Assembly: GCA_015068845.1 (NCBI GenBank)
Contig: SVJR01000004.1
Span: 10,779-74,778, forward strand
Source: Oscillospiraceae bacterium
GTDB taxonomy: Bacteria > Bacillota > Clostridia > Monoglobales > Monoglobaceae
Length of the DNA: 64,000 nucleotides
Direction of reading: 5' to 3'
Each line of letters starts with the position of its first letter. The stretch's first letter is position 1. Under the pieces are notes generated by a model. That model did no database searches, was not told where the DNA came from, and was given only the letters and a program-made list of their open reading frames with translations. Of the stretch, positions 40,754-50,757 are shown in pieces. The position numbers and the translations under genes are program-made.

Positions 40754-41464
40754 ATGATACCAAAAATTATTCATTATTGTTGGTTTGGTGGAAATCCACT
40801 GAGCGATCTGGCAAAAAAATGTATTGCAAGCTGGAAGAAATATTGTCCCGATTACGAAATAATTGAATGGAACGAATCAAATTTTGACATATCCGGCAAC
40901 AACTTTGTGAAACAGGCTTATGAGAACAAAAAGTTTGCATTTGTCGCAGATTATGTTCGCCTTTATGCTATGTATAACCATGGCGGTATATATATGGACA
41001 CTGATGTAGAGGCCACAAGACCTTTGGACGAGTTTCTCGTTCACAAGGCTTTTTCCGGGTTTGAACGCGGCGTTTTTGTCCCCACCGGAATAATGGCCTC
41101 AGAACAAGGATTTCCGCTATTTAAAGAACTGCTCGAATATTATACCGACCGCAATTTTGTAAAAGATGACGGCAGTCTTGACACTATTACCAACAGCGTA
41201 ATTATAACCAACACGCTTAAAGAATATGGGTTCGTCGCAAACGACAAGTTCCAGATTATAGAAGACTTTGCGTTATACCCAACCGATTACTTCTGTCCGC
41301 TGAATGGTGCGACCGGCAAACTGACCGTAACAAAAAACACGGCCACAATACACTGGTTTTCAAACACATGGGCAAGCCCCGCAAAACGCTTTGCCTCAAA
41401 GATTGCAAGAATTGTTAAGCGTATATTCGGCGAGGATTGTCTGGAAAAGCTGAAAAAGCTGTAA
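40754..41464 (+). CDS. Glycosyltransferase, GT32-like (sugar-binding DXD region)
   Basis: IPKIIHYCWFGG...FAFVADYVRLYAMYNHGGIYMDTDVE is typical of the Gly_transf_sug/GT32 family. Confidence 0.75.
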   Translation: MIPKIIHYCWFGGNPLSDLAKKCIASWKKYCPDYEIIEWNESNFDISGNNFVKQAYENKKFAFVADYVRLYAMYNHGGIYMDTDVEATRPLDEFLVHKAFSGFERGVFVPTGIMASEQGFPLFKELLEYYTDRNFVKDDGSLDTITNSVIITNTLKEYGFVANDKFQIIEDFALYPTDYFCPLNGATGKLTVTKNTATIHWFSNTWASPAKRFASKIARIVKRIFGEDCLEKLKKL

Positions 41465-41528
41465 TCCTGCATTGCGGAATTCATTGCCGGCAACCGCTGT
41501 AAACACAAAGAAATCAGGAGGACTCATT

Positions 41529-42413
41529 ATGACGCCGCTTGTTACCGTTGTAACCCCTACCTACAATCGCGAAGAATACTTGCCCTCGCTGTTTGAGAGT
41601 CTTAAGCTGCAATCCAACCATAATTTTGACTGGCTGATTATTGACGACGGCAGCACAGACAACACCGAGTCTGTGGTGAACTCCTTCAAGGACGACGCAC
41701 CGTTTCCCATCGAATATATAAAAAAGGAGAATGGCGGCAAGCACACCGCTCTTAATCTTGCATTTAAAACTGTTAACGCACGATATACCTTTATTGTGGA
41801 CAGCGATGACACACTCACTGCTGACGCTATACAGCTTATATACGATAATGACCAAACCATTATGGAAAACAACCTTGCCGGAGTCGCCTTTTTGCGTGGC
41901 TACACCGAAACTAATGTTATTGGCACAGCCTTTCCGGATAACGGTATATTTAACGATCTGGATATCCGGTTCAGGTATAAGGCAATTGGCGATAAAGCCG
42001 AAGTGTATCGTACTGACATACTGAAAAAACACTCATTCCCGGTTTTTGAAAACGAAAGATTTCAGGGCGAGAACTATGTATGGTGGCAAATTGCTATGGA
42101 ATATGATATGCTTTATGTAAACAGTATTGTCTATATTACCGAATATCTCCCCGACGGTTTAAGTAAATCCGGAAGAAAACTGAGAATTAACTGTCCCTTT
42201 GGCGGAATGGAAAATTCCAGAATCGGGCTTAATAAAAAATTTCCTCTAAAGCAGCGTATTAAATGCGCTTGGCTGTATATTTGCTATGGGCTGTTTGCCA
42301 AAAAGTCTTTTTGCAAAATCATCAAGTCGTCGGATTCTCCTGCGCTCATTATCCCCAATCTCCCCTTTGGATTTATGCTGTATTTTTACTGGGGCAAAAA
42401 ATATAAAGATTAG
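41529..42413 (+). CDS. Glycosyltransferase family 2
   Basis: VTVVTPTYNREEYL...DWLIIDDGSTDNT...FIVDSDD, the GT-A fold DXD motifs. Confidence 0.85.
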   Translation: MTPLVTVVTPTYNREEYLPSLFESLKLQSNHNFDWLIIDDGSTDNTESVVNSFKDDAPFPIEYIKKENGGKHTALNLAFKTVNARYTFIVDSDDTLTADAIQLIYDNDQTIMENNLAGVAFLRGYTETNVIGTAFPDNGIFNDLDIRFRYKAIGDKAEVYRTDILKKHSFPVFENERFQGENYVWWQIAMEYDMLYVNSIVYITEYLPDGLSKSGRKLRINCPFGGMENSRIGLNKKFPLKQRIKCAWLYICYGLFAKKSFCKIIKSSDSPALIIPNLPFGFMLYFYWGKKYKD

Positions 42414-42466
42414 GCCCCTTAAACCTAACAATACCTTGTTTTATACACCGAAAGGAAACGAGTTTT

Positions 42467-43585
42467 ATGCTGACCGAATTTAACAGCTGGCTTCTTACAT
42501 TGTTCATATTCTGCGGTTCGCCTTACCTTCTGGGCTTTGCAAAGCAAACCCAGCAAAGGACAACCTTTTTTTCTGTTGCGGTAACTTTTACGGCGCTTGC
42601 CATACCTATCCTGTATTTTGGATATCATGTCAATGGTGTCGATACCGTCCGTTATATATATAATTATGTAAGCATAAGAACAGATTCTTTTAGAGAAATT
42701 TTGTCCAACTTCTCGCTTACCGATGAGTCTGGCTATATCGTACTGACAAAGGCTCTTTCTTACTTCAGAAATACACGCCTTTTTCTCTCTGTCTGTGGCG
42801 CAATAATTGTTCTTTTCTTTTACTATGCGGCGAAGGATATAAATTCCGATTCCGTTGCAATGGTAATGCTTATATTCTACTTTTCCATTTTTGCCGTGTC
42901 TTTTAACATACTAAGACAAGGTATAGCGGTTGCGATTGTTGCCTATGCCTGCAAGTATATTTTTAAAAGAAAATTTCTGTTATTTTTATTTTTTATTCTC
43001 CTGGCAATGACCTTTCATCTGTCTGCCGCAGTTGCTGTTGTTGTATACTTCTTCTGGACAAAAAAGGAAAAGGTTCTGCCGTGGCCGATGCTAACGCTTA
43101 TTGTCCTTGCCACCATTGGCATTTCATTGGGTCTTGACAGTATCTTGAGCAGCCTGGGAGGTCAGGAGCTTGAAAACCTTTCGCTTCAGCGCTATGCCTC
43201 GTATAACGCTCAGAACTCCCTCGACGCGCAGAACCGTGACTTTTATGTTGACCTGCTGGTATCATTTATTCTTGCAATTCATTATAATCGACTTGTTAAA
43301 GTAAATAAGCGGAACGCACTGTTTATATTTATGTTCTTCCTGGCTACAGCACTGGGTCTTTGCGGTTTTATAAACCCTTACACCAAGCGAATTGCCTATT
43401 ATTTCAGCATTGGCGCTTACTGGGCACTTGCGGACATTCCAAGATGTTATCACGACCACCACTCGATATGGGTAGCGAGACTTCTGATTATCACTTATGC
43501 TATCACGCGATTTACCATCATTGTTTTACTTGAACAATCCGCAGTTGTTCCGTACATCTGGCTTCTCCCACCCTGGGCACGGTAA
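42467..43585 (+). CDS. EpsG/Wzy-like polysaccharide polymerase (polytopic membrane protein)
   Basis: 372 aa, about 10 hydrophobic segments, AT-rich, and placed among glycosyltransferase genes. The family assignment rests on architecture only. Confidence 0.7.
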   Translation: MLTEFNSWLLTLFIFCGSPYLLGFAKQTQQRTTFFSVAVTFTALAIPILYFGYHVNGVDTVRYIYNYVSIRTDSFREILSNFSLTDESGYIVLTKALSYFRNTRLFLSVCGAIIVLFFYYAAKDINSDSVAMVMLIFYFSIFAVSFNILRQGIAVAIVAYACKYIFKRKFLLFLFFILLAMTFHLSAAVAVVVYFFWTKKEKVLPWPMLTLIVLATIGISLGLDSILSSLGGQELENLSLQRYASYNAQNSLDAQNRDFYVDLLVSFILAIHYNRLVKVNKRNALFIFMFFLATALGLCGFINPYTKRIAYYFSIGAYWALADIPRCYHDHHSIWVARLLIITYAITRFTIIVLLEQSAVVPYIWLLPPWAR

Positions 43586-43611
43586 AATATTAAGTTTAAG
43601 AGGCGGTAATT

Positions 43612-44796
43612 ATGAAAAAAATATTACTCTATCAACACAGCGGAAGCGGAAATCACGGTTGCGAGGCGCTTGCTACAACTGTTTCTGAGGAAATTAAAAG
43701 AATTTCCCCCGATGCCGAAATCAGTCTTCGCTCTATTCGTCCGGAGGAGGACCGCAATATCACAACAATAGATAAAGTATTATTGCATAAAGGGTTGAAA
43801 AAGTGGACCATTCCTCACATTGTTTTTCAGGTTGATAAAAGACTGTTCCGACTGGGAAAGCTTAAGGATATTATTCTTGCCGACAGAAAAATGTCTGCCA
43901 TAGCAGACGACTTTGACGGGTTTGTTGCAATCGGAGGCGATAACTACTGCTATACCAAGGGCAAATCCGAATGGCCCACCGACCTTGCAATTAAAAGGGC
44001 AGGCAAGAAAATGATGCTGTGGGGCGCATCCATTGAGCCGGATGAAATTCCCGGCGAATTAAAAGAGCACCTCAACAATTTTGACCTGATAACCGTACGC
44101 GACAGCATCACATACAACGCTCTCCTCGACAACGGCTTTGAGGGCAAGGCTCACCTTGTTTCAGACCCCGCTTTTTTGCTTGAAGCTGAAAACCTTCCGC
44201 TCCCCCAAAACTGGAGGGAAGGGAATATGGTGGGTATAAACTTTAGCCCGCTTATCCTGAATTATACCAAAAACAAGGCTGTGGCACTGGACTCTGTTTA
44301 CCGTCTTGTTGACCATATCCTGAAAACAACAAAGATGAACATTGCCCTGTTCCCGCATGTTATGCATAGTTTCCCCAATGACCTGACCGTGCTTGAACCA
44401 ATCTTTGAAAAATACAAAGACAGCAAAAGAGTTGTTCTTATATCCGACCCCAAGCTAAGCTGCAAGCAGCTTAAAGGCTACATTGCCCGTTGCCGCTTTT
44501 TCATTGGCGCACGCACACATTCCATAATTGCAGCATACTCGACCGGTGTCCCCGCTCTCGCTTTAGGTTATTCGGTAAAAGCAAAAGGTATCGCTAAAGA
44601 CCTTTTCGGGAGCGAAGAAAATCTGGTGCTTCCTATCCAGACCTTTGATTCGCCAAAGCTTTTGATTGATGCGTTTGACCGACTTCTTGAAAACGAGGAC
44701 AGTTTAAGACAGATTTATGCCGAAAAGCTTCCCTCTTACATCGAAAAAGCAAAAATCTCTGCAAAGCTATTTGCAGAACTGATAAATGGAGACTGA
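43612..44796 (+). CDS. Polysaccharide pyruvyl transferase (WcaK/AmsJ-like)
   Basis: GSGNHGCEAL...AIGGDNYCY...TVRDSITY...VSDPAFLL pattern of PS_pyruv_trans. Confidence 0.8.
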   Translation: MKKILLYQHSGSGNHGCEALATTVSEEIKRISPDAEISLRSIRPEEDRNITTIDKVLLHKGLKKWTIPHIVFQVDKRLFRLGKLKDIILADRKMSAIADDFDGFVAIGGDNYCYTKGKSEWPTDLAIKRAGKKMMLWGASIEPDEIPGELKEHLNNFDLITVRDSITYNALLDNGFEGKAHLVSDPAFLLEAENLPLPQNWREGNMVGINFSPLILNYTKNKAVALDSVYRLVDHILKTTKMNIALFPHVMHSFPNDLTVLEPIFEKYKDSKRVVLISDPKLSCKQLKGYIARCRFFIGARTHSIIAAYSTGVPALALGYSVKAKGIAKDLFGSEENLVLPIQTFDSPKLLIDAFDRLLENEDSLRQIYAEKLPSYIEKAKISAKLFAELINGD

Positions 44797-44800
44797 TTTT

Positions 44801-46330
44801 ATGAAAATTAACCAGCTGAAGGCCGGTGTCATACTTTCCTATGCCACTCAGGGGGTCCATATCTTGACGGGGCTTTTATATACTCCTATAATGCTTCGCC
44901 TTCTTGGTCAAAGTGAATACGGACTTTATCAACTGGTATATTCAGTTGTATCATATCTTAGCTTGCTCAGCCTTGGTTTTGGTGCAAGCTATGTCCGTTT
45001 TTATTCCAGATACAAGTCCCAAAACAACAGCGATGAAATCTCAAAATTAAACGGAATGTTTATGACTATTTTTACCATTATCGCTCTGGTATGTATTCTT
45101 TGCGGTTTTGTAATGGTACAAAACGCCCGCAGCATTTTTGGCAAGGGGCTGACCGCCGCCGAACTTTCAAAGGCAAAGATTTTGCTTTCTATAATGGTTC
45201 TTAATATGGTTGCGACCTTTATAAACAGCGTCTTCTCAAGCATTATTACCGCTCACGAGAGATTTTTTTTTCAAAAGCTTGTTTACTTCATAAAGGAACT
45301 TTTTAACCCCTTTTTGACGCTACCCCTTTTAATTATTGGCTATGGCTCGATTGCAATGGTGTCAATAACAACCATTCTGACCTTTACAGTTTTGATAGCC
45401 GACCTCTTCTTCTGCCTTAAAAAGCTTAAGGTAAAGTTTAATTTCCACAAATTTCAGTTTTCATTGTTCAGGGAAATGTGGGCCTTTACTTTCTTTATTT
45501 TTATAAATATGATTGTGGACCAGATAAACTGGAGTATCGGCAAGTTTCTGCTTGGCAGAATGATAGGCACCTCTGCTGTTGCCGTTTTTGGTGTTGCAGC
45601 GCAGCTTAACAGCCTGTATTTGACCCTGTCAACAGCAGTTTCGGGAGTCTTCATTCCAAGAGTAAATCTCATTGTTGCCAGTGGCGGTGACAACAACCGG
45701 CTTTCAAATCTTTTCACAAAGGTGGGAAGAATTCAGTTCTTGATTTTGGGACTTATAATCACCGGCTATATCCTGTTCGGAAAAGAGTTTATTGCTCTGT
45801 GGGCAGGTCCGGGCTATGATAGTGCATATATAATCGGGCTGTTTTTGATGGTTCCCGTAACTGTCCCTTTGATACAAAACCTCGGCATTGAAATACAGCG
45901 GGCAAAAAACAAGCATCAGGCACGCTCGGTTGTTTATCTTCTTGTCGCAATATGTAACATTTTTGTAAGTATCCCATGCATAAAAAAATGGGGCGCAAGC
46001 GGAGCAGCTGTAGGTACAGCAGTTTCGCTCACTGCCGGAAATATTTTGTTTATGAACTGGTACTATCACAACAGGATGCATCTGGATATGCTGTGCTTCT
46101 GGAAAAATATCATAAGTCTGTTAATTCCAACAGCAGCTGTTACAGTTATCGGCTTTTTACTTAAAAAGCTTATACTTGTTCCAAACCTACCGATTAGTCT
46201 TGTCTTTGTAATTTTGCTTTATTCTGTTTTATACATTTTGGCGCTCTGGACCTTCGGGATGAACACAAACGAGAAAGACCTTGTTCAAAAACCTATAAAT
46301 AAAGTGAGAAGTATCCTATGGAAAAAATAA
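44801..46330 (+). CDS. Wzx-type oligosaccharide flippase (MOP superfamily)
   Basis: About 12-14 TM helices. The N-terminus LLYTPIMLRLLGQSEYGLYQL is typical of polysaccharide biosynthesis flippases. Confidence 0.8.
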   Translation: MKINQLKAGVILSYATQGVHILTGLLYTPIMLRLLGQSEYGLYQLVYSVVSYLSLLSLGFGASYVRFYSRYKSQNNSDEISKLNGMFMTIFTIIALVCILCGFVMVQNARSIFGKGLTAAELSKAKILLSIMVLNMVATFINSVFSSIITAHERFFFQKLVYFIKELFNPFLTLPLLIIGYGSIAMVSITTILTFTVLIADLFFCLKKLKVKFNFHKFQFSLFREMWAFTFFIFINMIVDQINWSIGKFLLGRMIGTSAVAVFGVAAQLNSLYLTLSTAVSGVFIPRVNLIVASGGDNNRLSNLFTKVGRIQFLILGLIITGYILFGKEFIALWAGPGYDSAYIIGLFLMVPVTVPLIQNLGIEIQRAKNKHQARSVVYLLVAICNIFVSIPCIKKWGASGAAVGTAVSLTAGNILFMNWYYHNRMHLDMLCFWKNIISLLIPTAAVTVIGFLLKKLILVPNLPISLVFVILLYSVLYILALWTFGMNTNEKDLVQKPINKVRSILWKK

Positions 46331-47466
46331 CGGATTTTGAAAAATGCTCGGGCTGTCACGCCTGTTATAATATATGTCCCAAGAAATGTATATCTATGCA
46401 ACCGGATAGTGAAGGATTTCTGCGTCCGGTTGTTGACGGCAGTTTATGTATAGACTGCGGTTTATGCATAAAGATTTGTCCCATTTTGGGCGAATATAAA
46501 GGAAATCCAAAGGGAAAGGTCTATGCCTGTATAAACAACAACGAGGAAACAAGGCAGCAAAGCTCGTCGGGCGGTGTTTTTTCACTTCTTGCAGAACATA
46601 TTCTAAAGCAGGACGGCGTTGTCTTTGGTGCAGCTTTTGATGAGGACTTAAATGTTAATCATATAGAGATAACTGATATTACCGATTTGGAAAAGCTGTA
46701 TGGTTCAAAATATCTGCAAAGCCGGATTGGCGATACATACAAGTCAGCAAAAGAATATCTTGAAGCCGGCAAGGTTGTTTTGTTTACAGGAACGCCCTGT
46801 CAGATAAGCGGTCTGAAAGCTTATCTTGGTAAAGACTACGAAAATCTTTTTACTCAGGATTTAATTTGCCACGGGGTACCTTCACCCTCCGTTTGGCAAA
46901 AATATTTACGATTTCGTGAAAAGAGCGCGGGCGCAAGCACGCGGAGAACATTTTTCAGGCATAAGAAATATGGCTGGAAAATGTTCTCCGTACTATTAGA
47001 TTTTACTAATAGCACGGAGTACCTACAAATCTTTTCCAAAGATTTGTATATGCGGGCGTTTCTCTCAAACCTTTGTCTAAGGCCCTCGTGCTACAACTGC
47101 CATTCAAAGTCTGTTGAGCGCGAGAGCGATATTACCCTTGCCGACTTCTGGGGCATAGAGAAAGTCTGTCCCGAATTTTTTGATGACAAAGGTACTTCCC
47201 TTGTCCTTGTAAACTCAAAAAGGGGACAACAGCTGTTTGCTGATGTTGCCTCAAAAATGCGCTATACCGAGGTTGATATGGACGCCGCACTTAAATTTAA
47301 TTATCCGGCATATCGCTCGGTTGCAATGCCAAAAAACAGAGAGCTTTTTATGAGCTTGGTAAATGATATACCCTTTGACGAAGCGATTAAGGTCTGCATT
47401 AAAACAAGCCCTGTAAAAAAAGCAGTACGGCTTGTAAAAAGAATTTTACGCAAGGTGATAAAATGA
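46318..47466 (+). CDS. FrhB-like protein: coenzyme F420 hydrogenase/dehydrogenase beta-subunit family with two 4Fe-4S motifs
   Basis: CSGCHACYNICP and CIDCGLCIKICP motifs, then SSSGGVFSLLAE...TGTPCQISGLKAYL, characteristic of the FrhB N- and C-terminal domains. Confidence 0.75.
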   Translation: MEKITDFEKCSGCHACYNICPKKCISMQPDSEGFLRPVVDGSLCIDCGLCIKICPILGEYKGNPKGKVYACINNNEETRQQSSSGGVFSLLAEHILKQDGVVFGAAFDEDLNVNHIEITDITDLEKLYGSKYLQSRIGDTYKSAKEYLEAGKVVLFTGTPCQISGLKAYLGKDYENLFTQDLICHGVPSPSVWQKYLRFREKSAGASTRRTFFRHKKYGWKMFSVLLDFTNSTEYLQIFSKDLYMRAFLSNLCLRPSCYNCHSKSVERESDITLADFWGIEKVCPEFFDDKGTSLVLVNSKRGQQLFADVASKMRYTEVDMDAALKFNYPAYRSVAMPKNRELFMSLVNDIPFDEAIKVCIKTSPVKKAVRLVKRILRKVIK

Positions 47467-48623
47467 TAAATTATCTGATTAATATTATAAAATCCGTGCT
47501 TTCCGGCACGGATTTTAATGCTCCCGAAAATGTGAATATTGATTTTGAACAGCTGTACGCCTTTTCAAAGGCGCATCATCTGGCAGGGTTTGTTGCCCTT
47601 TGCCCGAAGGCCCTTGAAAAGATGCCCTCTGAGCTTGCGGCAAAATTCATTTATGAAAACAACCGTGCAACCGCACGCGAAGCAACTCAGGAAGTTGTAA
47701 TCAACACATTCCTTGACGAAATGGAAAAGGCAGGTCTGCGTGCAATGCCACTGAAAGGGTTTTACACCAAGCATCTTTATCCGCACCCGGCGCTTAGGTA
47801 TATGACCGACACCGACATTCTGATTGACAGAAATCGGCTTGACGAAGTCAAGCCGATACTCGTAAATCTTGGCTTTGTCCTTGACCACGAGACTCCTCAC
47901 GAAATAATTTTCAAAAGCCGTCAACTTGTAATTGAGCTGCACAAGGAGCTTGTACCCCCGACTTTCGGCACGCTTTATGATTACTATGTCGACCCGTGGA
48001 AATATGCAAGGCTTTGCGAAAATAGGAACTTTATTTACGAAATGTCACCCGAGGATTCGTATGTTTATGCAATTGACCACATTGCCAAGCATTATGTAGA
48101 AGGCGGAATAGGCATTATGCATCTGCTTGATGTTTTTGTAATGAATCGACAACCACTTGACCGTGAATACATCAACTCAGAGCTTGAAAAGCTGACACTT
48201 TGCGATTTTGAACGACTTTTTGCCACGCTCTCGGCGGTTTGGTTTGGCAACGAAACAGCCACCGATAACCGCATAAAAGAAATGGCGGCATTTATCCTCG
48301 GCAGCGGTGCTTACGGTAATTCTGAAAACCGTATTGCTTCAAGGCTTGTGGCAAATTACGGCAGCGACGGGCAGAAAGCCACCAAAGCGAAGCTTATTTT
48401 CCGTAAGATTTTCCCTACAGTAGAGTTTTTAGGGTTTCACTATCCCGCGGTGAAGAGGTGCAAGCTGCTATACCCCATATTCTGGGTTGTGCGATTTTTC
48501 AACATTTTGTTTTTCAGAACAAAGGAAATCAAAAAGCTCTCCCATTATAACGAGGTAAGTCAGGACAAGGTAAACACCCTTGACGAGCATCTTCGCAGGG
48601 TGGGACTGTCAAATGAATTGTAA
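47463..48623 (+). CDS. Uncharacterised nucleotidyltransferase family protein (NTP_transf_5-like)
   Basis: PLKGFYTKHLYPHPALRYMTDTDILI and ELHKELVP resemble the PF14907-type pattern. ATGA start-stop overlap with the upstream gene. Confidence 0.65.
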   Translation: MINYLINIIKSVLSGTDFNAPENVNIDFEQLYAFSKAHHLAGFVALCPKALEKMPSELAAKFIYENNRATAREATQEVVINTFLDEMEKAGLRAMPLKGFYTKHLYPHPALRYMTDTDILIDRNRLDEVKPILVNLGFVLDHETPHEIIFKSRQLVIELHKELVPPTFGTLYDYYVDPWKYARLCENRNFIYEMSPEDSYVYAIDHIAKHYVEGGIGIMHLLDVFVMNRQPLDREYINSELEKLTLCDFERLFATLSAVWFGNETATDNRIKEMAAFILGSGAYGNSENRIASRLVANYGSDGQKATKAKLIFRKIFPTVEFLGFHYPAVKRCKLLYPIFWVVRFFNILFFRTKEIKKLSHYNEVSQDKVNTLDEHLRRVGLSNEL

Positions 48624-48654
48624 AAGACCCTTCGACAAGCTCAGGGCGACAGTA

Positions 48655-48689
48655 AACAGATATACGGAAATTCGTATATCTGTTTTTTT
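48655..48689 (+). terminator. Intrinsic terminator ending the polysaccharide locus
   Basis: AACAGATATACG-GAAATT-CGTATATCTGTT + T-run. A second long hairpin lies at 48690-48732. Confidence 0.6.
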
Positions 48690-48732
48690 GTATAACGAAA
48701 ACCACGCGATTATCGCGTGGTTTTCGTTATAC

Positions 48733-48770
48733 AAAAATATCGGGGCAAAATATCAGAATTTTGCCCCGAT
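48733..48770 (-). terminator. Terminator for the YjbQ-like gene
   Basis: ATCGGGGCAAAA/TTTTGCCCCGAT hairpin followed by a T-rich tract on the minus strand. Confidence 0.5.
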
Positions 48771-48784
48771 TGTATCAGCAAATA

Positions 48785-49405
48785 TTATCTCTTAAGCTGG
48801 AGATCGTAATGTACATCGTATGCCTTTTCTTCGTCAGTGAACTTGTGAAGTGTGTTGATAACTTCGCCGTTGTTCCACTTTCTGTCGTTTACATCCTCGG
48901 TTGTACCCATAACGGTAACATTGAGCTGTCTGCGACGAGCGCGTACATGGTCCCAGTCTATGAAGTAAATATGAGCAAATTCGCCGCCGTCGAGAACGCC
49001 GTCCTTAATTGTCATTGTTTCGCTTCTGCCGAAGAATACGCTGCGGAGGTGGCCGTCTGTGTTCATTGATGTGTAGTCGCCGGGCTCGTTAACGTATCTG
49101 CCGAACTGTGAGTGGATGGGACCCGGATGACGGTACTGATGTTCTTCAGCAAAGTCGGGGATCATCTTTCTCATAATGTCGAGAAGGTCGTGCTGGAGAT
49201 ATTCGAGATCGAATGAATCGATATCGTGTGAGCATTCCTGAACCATTACTGAACAGGTTGTGTGGTGTGATGCGATTGCAACGGTACCATTCTTAACGCC
49301 TGATTCCTTTACAATCTCCATAATTTCCTTTGATACATCGTGGAATGTGGGAATCCAGCCTCTTGACTGAAGTTCCAGTTCCTTCTGGTAAACTTTGAAT
49401 TCCAT
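48785..49405 (-). CDS. YjbQ/UPF0047-family protein (secondary thiamine-phosphate synthase fold), long form
   Basis: GTVAIASHHTTCSVMVQE and NTDGHLRSVFFG fit the YjbQ HTT...E / H-L motif pattern, with additional C-terminal length. Confidence 0.7.
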   Translation of the reverse strand: MEFKVYQKELELQSRGWIPTFHDVSKEIMEIVKESGVKNGTVAIASHHTTCSVMVQECSHDIDSFDLEYLQHDLLDIMRKMIPDFAEEHQYRHPGPIHSQFGRYVNEPGDYTSMNTDGHLRSVFFGRSETMTIKDGVLDGGEFAHIYFIDWDHVRARRRQLNVTVMGTTEDVNDRKWNNGEVINTLHKFTDEEKAYDVHYDLQLKR

Positions 49406-49448
49406 AGTTTAATCCTCCTGAAAAATATGTATTAAATTTTTTAATTGT

Positions 49449-50045
49449 TTACTTTTTATTGAGTCTCTCACCAACAGCTCCTCCCGGATGGGTGATGGCA
49501 AACTGTTCGTTTAAGAAGCCGGTTTCCTCGATTAAAGCGGTCTGAAGAATGTGGAATATAACCGCAAGCGAGGTTGATGATGTTGTACCCTGACAGTTGT
49601 ATTTGTCGGTTTCACGGTTTACATACTGCTTGATTACAACATCTGCCATTTCAGCAAGGGGTGATTCAAGGTTCTCGGTAACCGAGATAATGTGTACACC
49701 CTTTGTCTTACAGATATCAAGAATAGGAAGAAGCTCCTTTGTCTTACCACCGCGTGATGCAAAAACGCATACATCACCTGCCTGAAGGTAGCCGGTTGCA
49801 CCGTGAACTGCCTCTGCCGGTGAAATAAATCTTGCAGGCTGGTCAATACAGCACATAAGATGCGCAAAATGCTGACAGATAATACCCGAATGTCCGCAGC
49901 CGGTCACACCGATACGGGGGGCGTTCTTCAAAAGCTCAACTGCTTTTGAATACGCTTCTTCATCAAAGTATTCAGCCATATTTTTTATGCATTCGCTTTC
50001 AATCTCGTATACCTGCTTTGCTGCCTTTAATGCTTCGTTATTCAT
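49449..50045 (-). CDS. SIS-domain sugar-phosphate isomerase (KpsF/GutQ/PHI-like, no CBS domains)
   Basis: GVTGCGHSGIICQHFAHLM...AVHGATG...ASRGGKTKE pattern. The start is placed at MNNEAL (AAGGAGG upstream). Confidence 0.75.
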   Translation of the reverse strand: MNNEALKAAKQVYEIESECIKNMAEYFDEEAYSKAVELLKNAPRIGVTGCGHSGIICQHFAHLMCCIDQPARFISPAEAVHGATGYLQAGDVCVFASRGGKTKELLPILDICKTKGVHIISVTENLESPLAEMADVVIKQYVNRETDKYNCQGTTSSTSLAVIFHILQTALIEETGFLNEQFAITHPGGAVGERLNKK

Positions 50046-50058
50046 AAATGAGTCCTCC

Positions 50059-50757
50059 TTAGTGCATTTCGTCCCAAGCCTTGCGGACGCTTGCAATCAT
50101 TTCTTCCGCCAAGGCCAAGGGGTTTTCAGCCTTTGCTATTGCACTTGAGCAACCTGATGCGGATGAGCCTGCCTTTATGATGTTGTAGCAGTCTTCACCC
50201 TTGCTGATTCCGGCTGACGGGAAGGGAAGAATGTCCGGATTAATTTCCTTTATGCACTTGATAACCTCGTCAACATATTCCTTGTCGGCAGGTTTGCCTG
50301 TGCCGATAAGCTCGGTCGGCTCTGCAACCAGAATGTTGGGGGCAAGCTTTGCAATCTCTTTTACTTCTTCAACGCTGTCTGCGCATACCATAGTTGCAAG
50401 ACCAACCTCATCTGCACGCTTGATAGCCTCAGCGATTTCGTCCATAGTCAATTTGTGTTCAGCGTGGTTAAGCATTACACCAACAGCACCTGCTGCCTTT
50501 AAAGCTTCGGGGAGGCTTCTGCCCATACCCTTACCTACGGGGATGCTGTCCATATGCTGCGAGAAAACGTGTATTCTCTTTGTGTTTTTTGCGATGTTGC
50601 TGATTTCTGTATCAGGAATATCAAGAATTACATCAACGTCATATTTTTCTGAAAGGGCGTCAAGACCCTTTGCAATTTCAAGAAGGACGTCTCCGTACAT
50701 ATAGCATTTGGGGCCGTATTCAAAAAACGGCTGTTTGATGTTAAAATTTTTAAGCAT
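50059..50757 (-). CDS. Archaeal-type (short) triose-phosphate isomerase-like protein
   Basis: LNHAEHK, VAEPTELIGTG and SAGISKGED align with the recalled archaeal TIM motifs (INHSEKR, VEPPELIGTG, GAGISKGED). Confidence 0.8.
   Translation of the reverse strand: MLKNFNIKQPFFEYGPKCYMYGDVLLEIAKGLDALSEKYDVDVILDIPDTEISNIAKNTKRIHVFSQHMDSIPVGKGMGRSLPEALKAAGAVGVMLNHAEHKLTMDEIAEAIKRADEVGLATMVCADSVEEVKEIAKLAPNILVAEPTELIGTGKPADKEYVDEVIKCIKEINPDILPFPSAGISKGEDCYNIIKAGSSASGCSSAIAKAENPLALAEEMIASVRKAWDEMH

Noticed and set aside
38872-48689. A prophage or integrative element inserted at tRNA-Ser
   Set aside because: There is no integrase, excisionase, phage or conjugation gene. I also found no direct repeat of the tRNA 3' end at the distal boundary (48624-48784). 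I claim only a compositionally distinct glycan locus.
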